DNA of 51,041 bases from the NCBI GenBank assembly GCA_037131125.1, contig JBAXRR010000001.1, positions 73,345 through 124,385 on the forward strand, given 5' to 3'. This stretch comes from a bacterium (lineage in GTDB: Bacteria > Patescibacteriota > Dojkabacteria > GCA-016699595 > JBAXKR01). This document shows positions 17,888-25,975 of the stretch, in pieces. Below the pieces are notes generated by a model, which was given only the letters and a program-made list of their open reading frames with translations, did not search any database and had not been told where the DNA came from. Numbering within the stretch: the stretch's first letter is position 1; every line of letters begins with the position of its first letter. A program made the translations under genes and the position numbers.

Positions 17888-19876
17888 CTACTTCACTAAA
17901 GTAGCTTTTATTCTCCTTATTCCAGAACTTGAACTTTCTTCTTTAAGAATTTTGAACTTCCCAAACTTTGAAATATCTGAAGTATTCTTAACATGAGGTC
18001 CTCCACAAAATTCTCTTGAATAGATTCTTCCTTCAATGTCTTTTATTTCATAAACTGAAACTGTTTCTCCATACTTTCCCCCAAATTCCATTTCAGCTCC
18101 TATTTTTTCTGCTTCAGATTTTGCCATTTCTCTTCTATCTACAATAAGTCCTTTCTCTATCCATTCATTAACTCTTTCTTCTATCTTAGTTAATTGTTCT
18201 GGTGTAAGTTTTTCTCCATAATTAAAATCTATTCTTAATCTTTCAGCTGTTATATTGCTTCCTTTCTGATGAATCTCAGCACTCACAATCTCTTGTAGAG
18301 CTTTAAGAAGCAGGTGATGGGTAGTATGGAGGGCTGTAGTAATTTCAGATGTATCTGCTAAGCCACCTTTGAATTTCTTTTCTGCTCCACTTCTAGATAA
18401 ATCTTGGTGAGATTTCTTTATTGCACCTAATCCATCTGTAATATTCTTTTCATCTTCTGGTTTTAATTCATACTTTCCAAGTTTAAGTTCCTCTATACTC
18501 ATCTCAACTGGAAGACCAAAGCTTTCGTATAGTCTAAATATATCTTCAGCAGTTACTTTTTTGTCTTCTTTTAGCTTAAGGTTAGTAATTCTTTCTAATT
18601 CCTTAAGTCCGTTATCTAGAGTTTTTCTGAACTTGTTTTCTTCTTTATCTAGTTCACTTAGAATTACGTCTCTCTTTTCAATTAATTGTGGCTCATCTTC
18701 TTTATATGCTTCAATAATCTTAAGAGCTAATTCTTGTGTAAAGTTTCTATCTATATTTAATGTCTTAGCAAATCTAATGGCTCTTCTTAGGAATCTTCTT
18801 AAGACATATCCATGTTCTTTATTAGAAGGTATTACTCCATCTCCCATAAGAAGAATAGAAGCTCTTAAGTGATCTGCAACTATTCTCATAGCTCTTAACA
18901 TTTCTTTCTTGTCTGGGTTGGATCTTATCTCTTTGTATTTAAGTCCACTTAACTCTTCTAGAGTTTGTATTATTGGAGTAAATAGCTCTATTTCAAACAT
19001 ATCTACTATATTCTTATCTTGCATATTTAGTTGGCAAAGCATAACTCTTTCAAGTCCTCCTCCAAAGTCTACATTCTTTTGAGATAGTTCTTTCCATTTT
19101 AGATTCTCATCTAACTTGTACTGCATAAACACACTGTTTCCAACTTCAAGAAATCTTCCGTTATCTGAATTAATATGTACGCCATCTTCTGGATAATCTT
19201 CAGAATCTTTACCTAGATCAAAAAACATTTCACTATCTGGTCCTCCAAGTTCTCCTGGAGCATATCCTCTTTTCCACCAGTTCTTTTTCTCAGGGTATGT
19301 AAATATTTTAACTTGTTTAAAAAGTCCTGTTTCATTTATTGTAGGTCTTTTAAGATTGCCTTCACTATCGAAGTTTAATTTAATATCTTCTTTTGCATTT
19401 CCAACTTCTGCTTCAATTCCATATCTTTTAAAGGCTTCTTTCCAATATGCAATAGATTCTTCATCTCTTGGTGCTGCATCGTTACCTTCAAATACTGAAA
19501 CAAATAATCTTAATGGATCTAGCTTGAATACTGTTACATATAAATCTAGAACCCAATTAATTTGTTCTTTCTTAAAGTAATCTCCAAGACTCCAGTTTCC
19601 CATCATGTTGAAAACTGTAGTGTGTCTTTTGTCTCCAATTTCTTCAAAATCTTCTATATCTGTTCGGATACTTCTTTGCACATTAGTAATTCTTTTACCC
19701 ATTGGATGTGGTTCCCCACTTAAGTATGGCACAAGTGGAAACATTCCGGAATTAACGAAAAGAAGAGATGGATCGTTTTGAGCAACAAGCCCCACTCCTT
19801 CAATTGCTTTATGATCCCTATTACTAGATTGGTAGTAGTCTAAAAAAGATTTCTTTACATCGTTAAATTTTGACAT
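17888..19876 (-). CDS. alaS: Alanine--tRNA ligase, short form (662 aa, no C-Ala domain)
   Basis: The N-terminus FLDYYQSSNRDHKAIEGVGLVAQNDPSLLFVNSGMFPLVPY matches class II AlaRS. Further matches are FEMMGNWS-like FNMMGNWSLGDYFK, GGGLERV, editing-domain HTTHHLL (HxxxH), CGGPHV (CxxxH) and GIRRIKA. Confidence 0.93.
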   Translation of the reverse strand: MSKFNDVKKSFLDYYQSSNRDHKAIEGVGLVAQNDPSLLFVNSGMFPLVPYLSGEPHPMGKRITNVQRSIRTDIEDFEEIGDKRHTTVFNMMGNWSLGDYFKKEQINWVLDLYVTVFKLDPLRLFVSVFEGNDAAPRDEESIAYWKEAFKRYGIEAEVGNAKEDIKLNFDSEGNLKRPTINETGLFKQVKIFTYPEKKNWWKRGYAPGELGGPDSEMFFDLGKDSEDYPEDGVHINSDNGRFLEVGNSVFMQYKLDENLKWKELSQKNVDFGGGLERVMLCQLNMQDKNIVDMFEIELFTPIIQTLEELSGLKYKEIRSNPDKKEMLRAMRIVADHLRASILLMGDGVIPSNKEHGYVLRRFLRRAIRFAKTLNIDRNFTQELALKIIEAYKEDEPQLIEKRDVILSELDKEENKFRKTLDNGLKELERITNLKLKEDKKVTAEDIFRLYESFGLPVEMSIEELKLGKYELKPEDEKNITDGLGAIKKSHQDLSRSGAEKKFKGGLADTSEITTALHTTHHLLLKALQEIVSAEIHQKGSNITAERLRIDFNYGEKLTPEQLTKIEERVNEWIEKGLIVDRREMAKSEAEKIGAEMEFGGKYGETVSVYEIKDIEGRIYSREFCGGPHVKNTSDISKFGKFKILKEESSSSGIRRIKATLVK

Positions 19877-19901
19877 AGTTATATTCTAAATATTAAGTAA
19901 C

Positions 19902-21764
19902 TTACATTTTATCTATTGTCTCTATTCCAAGAAGATTTAATCCATTCTTAAGTACTGTAGCAGTTGCTGCAGTTAACTTAAGTCTAAATGTAGTCTCATC
20001 TGAATTGTCTCCTAATACTTTATTAGCACCATAGAACTTATTAAAGCTATTTGTAAGCTCAAATAGAAAATGTGCAATTTTATGAGGAGTAAATTCTTTT
20101 GCTGCCTTCATTGCAAGATTTGGATAATCTTCCAGTAAACTCATTACTTCTTTCTCATCTTCGTTTGGTTTGTAAGTTTGTTTATCTGAAGATAAAAATA
20201 CAATACCTTTTTCTTTTGCATCTTTTAATATACTTCCAGCTCTTACATATCCATACATTACATATGGACCAGAAAAACCAGTAAGACTTAATACTTTTTC
20301 AGGATCGTAGTTCACATCTCTGTGAAATTCATAAGATAATATGAAGAACTTGAGTGCACCTATTCCTACTGCTTTAGATATTGTATCTATCTCTTCATTT
20401 GAATATTCTTTTCCTTCTGTTATTTTCTTCTTTGCACTTTCAGTAATCTCATCTATTAAGTCCATTACCTTAATAGTTTTTCCAGATCTTGAAGATGTTT
20501 TCTTATTTCCAAGTAACATCCATCCAAATCCCATATGTTTTAACTTACCTTCAAATTTGGTATCTATTAGTTCAAGTGCTTTTATTACAGCTTTGAAATA
20601 GTCATTTTGTTCTACGGAGGTAAGAATAATAGACTTTTTAAGATCTGGATATTCTTGGAACTTCTTGAAAGCTAAACCTAAATCTTTGGCAGAGTATGAT
20701 GGAATATTTTTTCCTGTTATGAATACCCATCTTTTAAGACCATATTTTTCACCCGGGAATATTATTGCTCCTTGGTCTTTAATGAATATAGGGTTCTTAC
20801 AGTCTGGATTCTGATCTGAATATTTAGATACAAGATTATACCCTTCATTGAATATTTCACTTTCTGGATATTGTCTATCGAATTGAACACCAAGAAGTTT
20901 AAATACTTCTGACTGGTGATCTATACTTAACTTTCTAGTTAGTTTATATAGCTTGGCAATTCCCTGATTGAGTTTTTCGCTATCTGGATTGTTATATAGC
21001 TCATATACATCCTGGTTAATTAAGTCTATTACAGGAGTTGCCTTTGTTTCAGGATCTTTATCTAATGAACTTCCTTTTGCATATACTTCGTTAATATAGT
21101 TAGCTACAAAATGAATTCCTTTTTCTGAGACTTTATTTTCTAAGTCCTTTTCTATTTCAAGGTATTTAGACTCATTAAATTCAGAATATAATTTCATGTA
21201 GTCTTTCTCATCTTTATTGTATTCTGTTATAAGGCCGAATAGACACTTAGCTACATGTTTTCCAATATCTCCAAAGTAATTTGCTTTAATTACATCATAG
21301 CCATAGTTTTCCATGAGTTTAACTATGGACGACCCTATAACTCCACTTTTCATGTGTCCTATTTGTAGTGCTTTGTGGGTATTAGGTTGACCATATTCCA
21401 CCATTACTTTTCCTTTACTTTCCTTTGACTTTCCATACTTTTCTCCTTCGGAAAGAATGAGGTCAATAACTGAAGAAGAATCTTTGATATTAATATAGAA
21501 ATTTAAAAATCCTGGTCCTGCAATTTCTATCTTCTTTATGAATCCAAGATTCTTGTCTTCAAGATATTTTTTTAACTCTTCTGCAAATTCTCTAGGGTTT
21601 TTACCAATTTGTTTAGATACTTGAAGAGAAATATTTGTAGTAAGATCTCCAAATTCTTTATCTTTTGGCTTAGATAATTCTACTGATTGTTCTTTAATAT
21701 TGAGTGTTAATAGGTAGTTTGTGATTTGTTTTTTAAGTTCTTCTTGGTAATTTTGATTATTCAT
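19902..21764 (-). CDS. argS: Arginine--tRNA ligase
   Basis: 620 aa. Contains an N-terminal Arg_tRNA_synt_N-like region and the HIGH-type motif NTHKALQIGHMKS. An anticodon-binding DALR-like C-terminus ends ...LGIETIDKM, matching the characteristic terminal Met. Confidence 0.95.
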   Translation of the reverse strand: MNNQNYQEELKKQITNYLLTLNIKEQSVELSKPKDKEFGDLTTNISLQVSKQIGKNPREFAEELKKYLEDKNLGFIKKIEIAGPGFLNFYINIKDSSSVIDLILSEGEKYGKSKESKGKVMVEYGQPNTHKALQIGHMKSGVIGSSIVKLMENYGYDVIKANYFGDIGKHVAKCLFGLITEYNKDEKDYMKLYSEFNESKYLEIEKDLENKVSEKGIHFVANYINEVYAKGSSLDKDPETKATPVIDLINQDVYELYNNPDSEKLNQGIAKLYKLTRKLSIDHQSEVFKLLGVQFDRQYPESEIFNEGYNLVSKYSDQNPDCKNPIFIKDQGAIIFPGEKYGLKRWVFITGKNIPSYSAKDLGLAFKKFQEYPDLKKSIILTSVEQNDYFKAVIKALELIDTKFEGKLKHMGFGWMLLGNKKTSSRSGKTIKVMDLIDEITESAKKKITEGKEYSNEEIDTISKAVGIGALKFFILSYEFHRDVNYDPEKVLSLTGFSGPYVMYGYVRAGSILKDAKEKGIVFLSSDKQTYKPNEDEKEVMSLLEDYPNLAMKAAKEFTPHKIAHFLFELTNSFNKFYGANKVLGDNSDETTFRLKLTAATATVLKNGLNLLGIETIDKM

Positions 21765-22146
21765 ATATGTATTTCTTTGAATTTTGAATTAAATATTCTA
21801 CACTTTCAAAGAAACCTTCCCGGATAACCTTTTCGATCTCTTCTGCAATATCTTGCTTGTACATATGTACAGTTCTATTTCTTGATTCTAAATATTCGAA
21901 CCACTTTTCTACGCTATCAATAAGGCTGAGCTTTCCAGCTTCTCTTATTATCGTCCTTGTTCCATTCACATCTATCCCTTGGTCAAAAAGAATACTATTC
22001 ATAAGTTTCCAACTAAGTTCGAAAGTATACTCAAATCTTTGTGTAAGAGATTCCCTGTAAGGAATAGTATGCTCAAATTTCAAAGCCTCTTTTACTGTTT
22101 CATTTGCTCTTTTTAAGTCCTCATATAGTTCAAATGTTTTTGCCAT
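21757..22146 (-). CDS. HEPN-domain protein, HI0074-like nucleotidyltransferase substrate-binding family (putative type VII TA toxin)
   Basis: 129 aa. Rx4H HEPN motif in LESRNRTVHMY. It sits immediately downstream of an MNT gene. Its last 8 nt overlap the argS start (ATGAATAA). Confidence 0.8.
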   Translation of the reverse strand: MAKTFELYEDLKRANETVKEALKFEHTIPYRESLTQRFEYTFELSWKLMNSILFDQGIDVNGTRTIIREAGKLSLIDSVEKWFEYLESRNRTVHMYKQDIAEEIEKVIREGFFESVEYLIQNSKKYIYE

Positions 22147-22155
22147 TTATTCTAA

Positions 22156-22446
22156 TTAATATTTAATAGGAATAATTTTAGTTTTAGCTATATTTCTAAA
22201 ACGATCAGTTACTTGATTAAAGTCTACAATATCTACCGTATATGGGAAATTAGAATTTTCAAATTCCTCCTCTATATATGACTGTTTCAATAGGTCTAAT
22301 TTTTTACCTTCTATACCTATATCGTAATCACTATATTTCTTATAATTTCCTATTGCTCTAGAACCAAAAATGAATACAGAATTCTCACTGTTATTTAGGT
22401 ATTTTCTGATAACTGTTTTAATAAATTCCAAATCTTTATTATCCAT
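22156..22446 (-). CDS. Minimal nucleotidyltransferase (MNT, HI0073-like; putative cognate antitoxin)
   Basis: 96 aa. GS...DxD signature in FIFGSRAIGNYKKYSDYDIGI. It is 9 nt upstream of the HEPN gene. Confidence 0.85.
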   Translation of the reverse strand: MDNKDLEFIKTVIRKYLNNSENSVFIFGSRAIGNYKKYSDYDIGIEGKKLDLLKQSYIEEEFENSNFPYTVDIVDFNQVTDRFRNIAKTKIIPIKY

Positions 22447-22452
22447 GTTGAA

Positions 22453-22481
22453 ATATTAGCATTTTGAATGGGAATATCCAA
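22453..22481 (-). promoter_or_regulatory. Candidate extended -10 promoter placed for a leaderless MNT-HEPN-argS transcript
   Basis: On the minus strand: TTGGAT (22481..22476), 17-nt spacer ending in TGc, TAATAT (22458..22453), then only 6 nt (ttcaac) before the ATG at 22446. Confidence 0.4.
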
Positions 22482-22515
22482 TAAGATAGGGGTTATGACC
22501 TATATTTTACTCTAT

Positions 22516-22902
22516 CTAAGTAGAAGATAGACTATCGAAAGGTACATAAACTATACGTCCTGCAGAAGAAACAAATATTAACTTAAGCGAGGTTCTAATT
22601 GTTTCTCCTTCATCTTGGTGATCACAAAATAGAGGGTATATTTCATTCTGATCTGGACCGTTCATAATTGCACTAGCTATATCTTTGGGTAAAATATGTC
22701 TGTCAAAAGAGTGAATATATACTGCCTTTTCTATTAAATCTATTGTATAACTGGGGATTGGCTTTGAAGTTTGAGTTGGCTTATGATGTCCTATTTGGAA
22801 GCTTTTTTGTCTAAAAGTCTCTACTACACCTTCAATTTGATCTGGGACTATGCTATCTGATGGTGCTGAATGTGTAGATTCTCCAGTGGTAGCTGTTTCC
22901 AT
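22516..22902 (-). CDS. Hypothetical protein (128 aa)
   Basis: The ORF fills the gap between pyrG and the MNT gene, on the same strand as its neighbours. I recognised no motif. Confidence 0.55.
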   Translation of the reverse strand: METATTGESTHSAPSDSIVPDQIEGVVETFRQKSFQIGHHKPTQTSKPIPSYTIDLIEKAVYIHSFDRHILPKDIASAIMNGPDQNEIYPLFCDHQDEGETIRTSLKLIFVSSAGRIVYVPFDSLSST

Positions 22903-22963
22903 ATTGGTAAAGATAAGAAGTAAATTACTTCTGTCGCCAATACATTATCGCTAGCTCACCTAG

Positions 22964-22992
22964 ATATTATCACCTTCTCTTTATTTCACCAA
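22964..22992 (-). promoter_or_regulatory. Candidate promoter upstream of the 128-aa gene
   Basis: On the minus strand: TTGGTG (22992..22987), 17-nt spacer ending in TGa, TAATAT (22969..22964). The predicted leader of about 55 nt contains a perfect 7-bp hairpin, AGAAGTA-aat-TACTTCT, at 22916..22932. Confidence 0.35.
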
Positions 22993-22995
22993 CAG

Positions 22996-24687
22996 TTATT
23001 TCTTAAGAGTTTTAATAAACTCAAGGAAAACTGGATGTGGGTTTAGTGGTGTAGATTTATACTCTGGATGAGCTTGAGTTGCAAAGAAAAATGGATGTAC
23101 TTTCTTTGGAAGCTCTATCATTTCGACAAAGAAATTATCTGGAGAAGTTCCACTAAATACAAATCCAGATTTTTCAAATTGTTCTCTATATTCGTTATTG
23201 AATTCAAATCTATGTCTATGTCTCTCATTTACAAGAATAGTTTTGTCTGTATTCTTCTTTAGAATGTATTCAGGATATTTGGAGTAGATGTCAAAAGCCA
23301 ATGTTCCGGGTTTAATTACACAGTCATATCCTCCAAGTCTCATGGTTACACCTTTTGATTTAATTCTGACATAATTCTCTTTTTCTGGAATTAAGTGAAT
23401 AATTGGATTTTTAGTTTTGGGATCATTTTCCTCGGTATTGGCATCCTTTAAATTAAGCACATCTCTTCCCCATTCAACGGCAGCAAGTTGCATACCATAG
23501 CAAAGTCCAAGGTATGGAATATTATTCTTTCTTGCGTACTCTATGGCTTTAATTTTACCCTCCGCACCTCTACTTCCCCATCCAATTGGAACTATTATTC
23601 CACTTACACCGTTTAGAGCTTTATCCATGTTCTTCTCATCACTTTCACTATTTATATACTTCAAAGAAATCTTTTTTCCAAGTCTCCAAGATGCATGATT
23701 AATAGATTCAAGTAGTGCTGCATATGAATCTGCAAGGAAGTATTCTCCAGTTGCAAAGTATTTACCAACAATTGCAAGAACTGGCTCACCATTTGGCTTT
23801 TCGACCTTTACACTTTCAATATTTCTTCCAAGTTCCTCCCAATCTTTTAGATCAAGTTTAGATTTAGATTTTAATCTTGTTCGATACCTGTTGTTTAGTT
23901 TTGTAATTATTTTTTGTGAAAATTGTTGCTTGTCTAATACTCCAGGAAGTTCATATATCGAATTTAAGTTTGGATTCTCAATAACGTCTCCTGAATCTAG
24001 ATTACAGTATAGGGATAACTTCTCTCTTCTTCTTTCATCAAAGTGAACTTCAGATCTAACTACAACAAAATCTGGTTGAATACCCATTGTATTCAAAGTC
24101 TTTACAGATAATTGAATAGGTTTTGCTTTAGGTTCTCCAAGATGAGCTGGAAATGGTGCATATGCCACATGTACATGAATAACTTTTTCTTTCTTTTGGT
24201 ACTTCATTCTACGAGACGCTTCATAGTAGAAAACATTTTGGTACTCTCCAGCTGTTCCTCCAAGTTCAACTAGAACAAAGTCTGCATTTGTTTTCTTTTG
24301 AGCTTTATATATTCTTCTAATGACTTCTTCACAAACTTCTTCCGTTGGATCTACTGTTTTTCCTTTGTATCCAAATGCTCTCTCTTTTTCAATAATAGAT
24401 TTATATATCTGTCCAAATGTTATGAAATTTTCAATTGCCATCTCTTGATTAAGAAATCTTTCATATGTACCAAGATCCATGTCTGATTCTGTTCCGTCTT
24501 GTGTTAGGAATGGATCTCCATGTTCAATTGGATTAATTGTTCCTGAATCTACATTCAGATAGTTTTCACACTTAACTGCAGTTACAGTATATCCTTGTTT
24601 CTTTAAAAGTACTCCAATTGCTGCAGAAGTAACTCCCTTCCCTATTCCTGAAATAACACCACCAGAAACAAATATGTAATTAGCCAT
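22996..24687 (-). CDS. pyrG: CTP synthase
   Basis: 563 aa. The N-terminus MANYIFVSGGVISGIGKGVTSAAIG is diagnostic. The C-terminal glutamine amidotransferase domain has GLCYGMQ and HRHRFEFN. Confidence 0.97.
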   Translation of the reverse strand: MANYIFVSGGVISGIGKGVTSAAIGVLLKKQGYTVTAVKCENYLNVDSGTINPIEHGDPFLTQDGTESDMDLGTYERFLNQEMAIENFITFGQIYKSIIEKERAFGYKGKTVDPTEEVCEEVIRRIYKAQKKTNADFVLVELGGTAGEYQNVFYYEASRRMKYQKKEKVIHVHVAYAPFPAHLGEPKAKPIQLSVKTLNTMGIQPDFVVVRSEVHFDERRREKLSLYCNLDSGDVIENPNLNSIYELPGVLDKQQFSQKIITKLNNRYRTRLKSKSKLDLKDWEELGRNIESVKVEKPNGEPVLAIVGKYFATGEYFLADSYAALLESINHASWRLGKKISLKYINSESDEKNMDKALNGVSGIIVPIGWGSRGAEGKIKAIEYARKNNIPYLGLCYGMQLAAVEWGRDVLNLKDANTEENDPKTKNPIIHLIPEKENYVRIKSKGVTMRLGGYDCVIKPGTLAFDIYSKYPEYILKKNTDKTILVNERHRHRFEFNNEYREQFEKSGFVFSGTSPDNFFVEMIELPKKVHPFFFATQAHPEYKSTPLNPHPVFLEFIKTLKK

Positions 24688-25888
24688 TGAAAGTTCTTAA
24701 AAATTTAAATAATCTCTCTAAACCTGTTTTTAATTTATTTGGATCATTTGCAATGCTCATTACAAAACTTAACCTACCACCACTGTGGTAATCATAGAAA
24801 AAACCTGGATGAATAAACACTTTTTCACTTTCTGTTAAACGAACAACAAACTCTTCTTCTATTTCCTCTAAACTTTTCTGGTTGGTAATATACTCCTTTT
24901 TGGTAGAAAGTATAAGGTGAATTCCGGCAGTTGGTAGAATATATTCAATAATATTGTCTTTATTTAGCTCTTGAAGTGTTTTATCTACAATTTCTCTACT
25001 CTTAATGAGCATTTCTTTTATATCTTCAACCGTACTAAAATCCTCGAAAAGATTTGGAAGTATATTTTGAGTTATAGAGTTTGCGCTTAAGAACATATCG
25101 TTATTGATCTCTAATTCTTCAACTATTTCATCTTTCTTTTCCTTGTTTCCATAGATTTCAATCCAAGCAAGCTTAAGATCAGGAAGGGAAAATAGCTTAG
25201 AAATACCATTTAATTTAAACATAACTAAGGTTGGATAGAGATTAAAAACAGATAAGTCCCAGCTAATGTCTTTTTCGTAAGTGAATTCATTAAATACTTC
25301 GTCTACTATTAAAATGATGTTACTTTGTGATGCGATCTGGCATATCTTTTTAAACATTTCTTTAGATATGACTGAGCCTGTTGGGTTATTAGGAGAGATT
25401 AATACCAGGAATTTTGTTTTGCATGTAATATTATCTTGAATCGAATTTAAATCTATTTCCCAATTCTTACTTTCTTCTTGTCTGTAGTACTTTGCTTCCA
25501 AATTTGAATATTTAGTTAACTGTTCAAACAGAGGGTAACCGGGATTAGGAAGCAGTACCTCAAGTTTTTCTTTTGTGTCATTAGATTTTGAAAGAGTTTG
25601 GAATATGAGGTTATAGCTTTCTGAAGTGGATGCTGTTATGAATATTTCATCTGGATTAAGCTTTCCATTTATATTCTTTTTGTTTGTATACTTTGAAATG
25701 GTTTCTCTCGCTTTTAGAATTCCTTTTGAATCTGGTTCGTAGAATCTACTATCTATATATTTCTTAATATAGCTATTTAATTTATCACTTGGATAAGAAT
25801 ATATTTTGGAGAGGTCGGTAGATATGAGGTCGATAAAATCTTCTGATTTAGAAAATTTTTGTCTAGTTTCGTATATATCGTTTAACAT
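24680..25888 (-). CDS. Class I/II pyridoxal-phosphate-dependent aminotransferase
   Basis: Motifs ISPNNPTGSV and the PLP-lysine context NGISKLFSLPDLKLAW. The ORF track starts at a TTG (25900). I prefer the ATG at 25888 (MLNDIYE...) because the candidate -10 box at 25903-25908 would put the transcription start downstream of the TTG. The 3' end overlaps the pyrG start by 8 nt. Confidence 0.85.
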   Translation of the reverse strand: MLNDIYETRQKFSKSEDFIDLISTDLSKIYSYPSDKLNSYIKKYIDSRFYEPDSKGILKARETISKYTNKKNINGKLNPDEIFITASTSESYNLIFQTLSKSNDTKEKLEVLLPNPGYPLFEQLTKYSNLEAKYYRQEESKNWEIDLNSIQDNITCKTKFLVLISPNNPTGSVISKEMFKKICQIASQSNIILIVDEVFNEFTYEKDISWDLSVFNLYPTLVMFKLNGISKLFSLPDLKLAWIEIYGNKEKKDEIVEELEINNDMFLSANSITQNILPNLFEDFSTVEDIKEMLIKSREIVDKTLQELNKDNIIEYILPTAGIHLILSTKKEYITNQKSLEEIEEEFVVRLTESEKVFIHPGFFYDYHSGGRLSFVMSIANDPNKLKTGLERLFKFLRTFNG

Positions 25889-25902
25889 ATTTTTAAGCAA
25901 TC

Positions 25903-25931
25903 TTTATACATAGAAAATCCCATCCTTGCAA
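25903..25931 (-). promoter_or_regulatory. Candidate promoter for the aminotransferase-pyrG operon
   Basis: On the minus strand: TTGCAA (25931..25926), 17-nt spacer, TATAAA (25908..25903). It overlaps the 3' arm of the upstream terminator hairpin and implies a leader of only about 8 nt to the ATG at 25888. Confidence 0.4.
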
Positions 25932-25954
25932 ATATATCTACTTACAAAGATGGG
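25912..25954 (-). terminator. Rho-independent terminator after the 1,061-aa gene
   Basis: Minus-strand RNA: CCCAUCUUUG...CAAGGAUGGG forms a 10-bp stem with one G-U, extendable by 3-4 weaker pairs. It is followed by AUUUUCU and begins 21 nt after the stop at 25976. Confidence 0.55.
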
Positions 25955-25975
25955 AAGGTTCGCGTACCGACTCAG

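Noticed and set aside
22916-22932. Perfect 7-bp hairpin AGAAGTA-aat-TACTTCT as the pyrG terminator
   Set aside because: The stem is short and A/T-rich, and no U-tract follows on the minus strand (it is followed by UAUCUUUACC). It more likely lies in the 5' leader of the 128-aa gene. Function is unknown, so it is reported only as part of the candidate leader.
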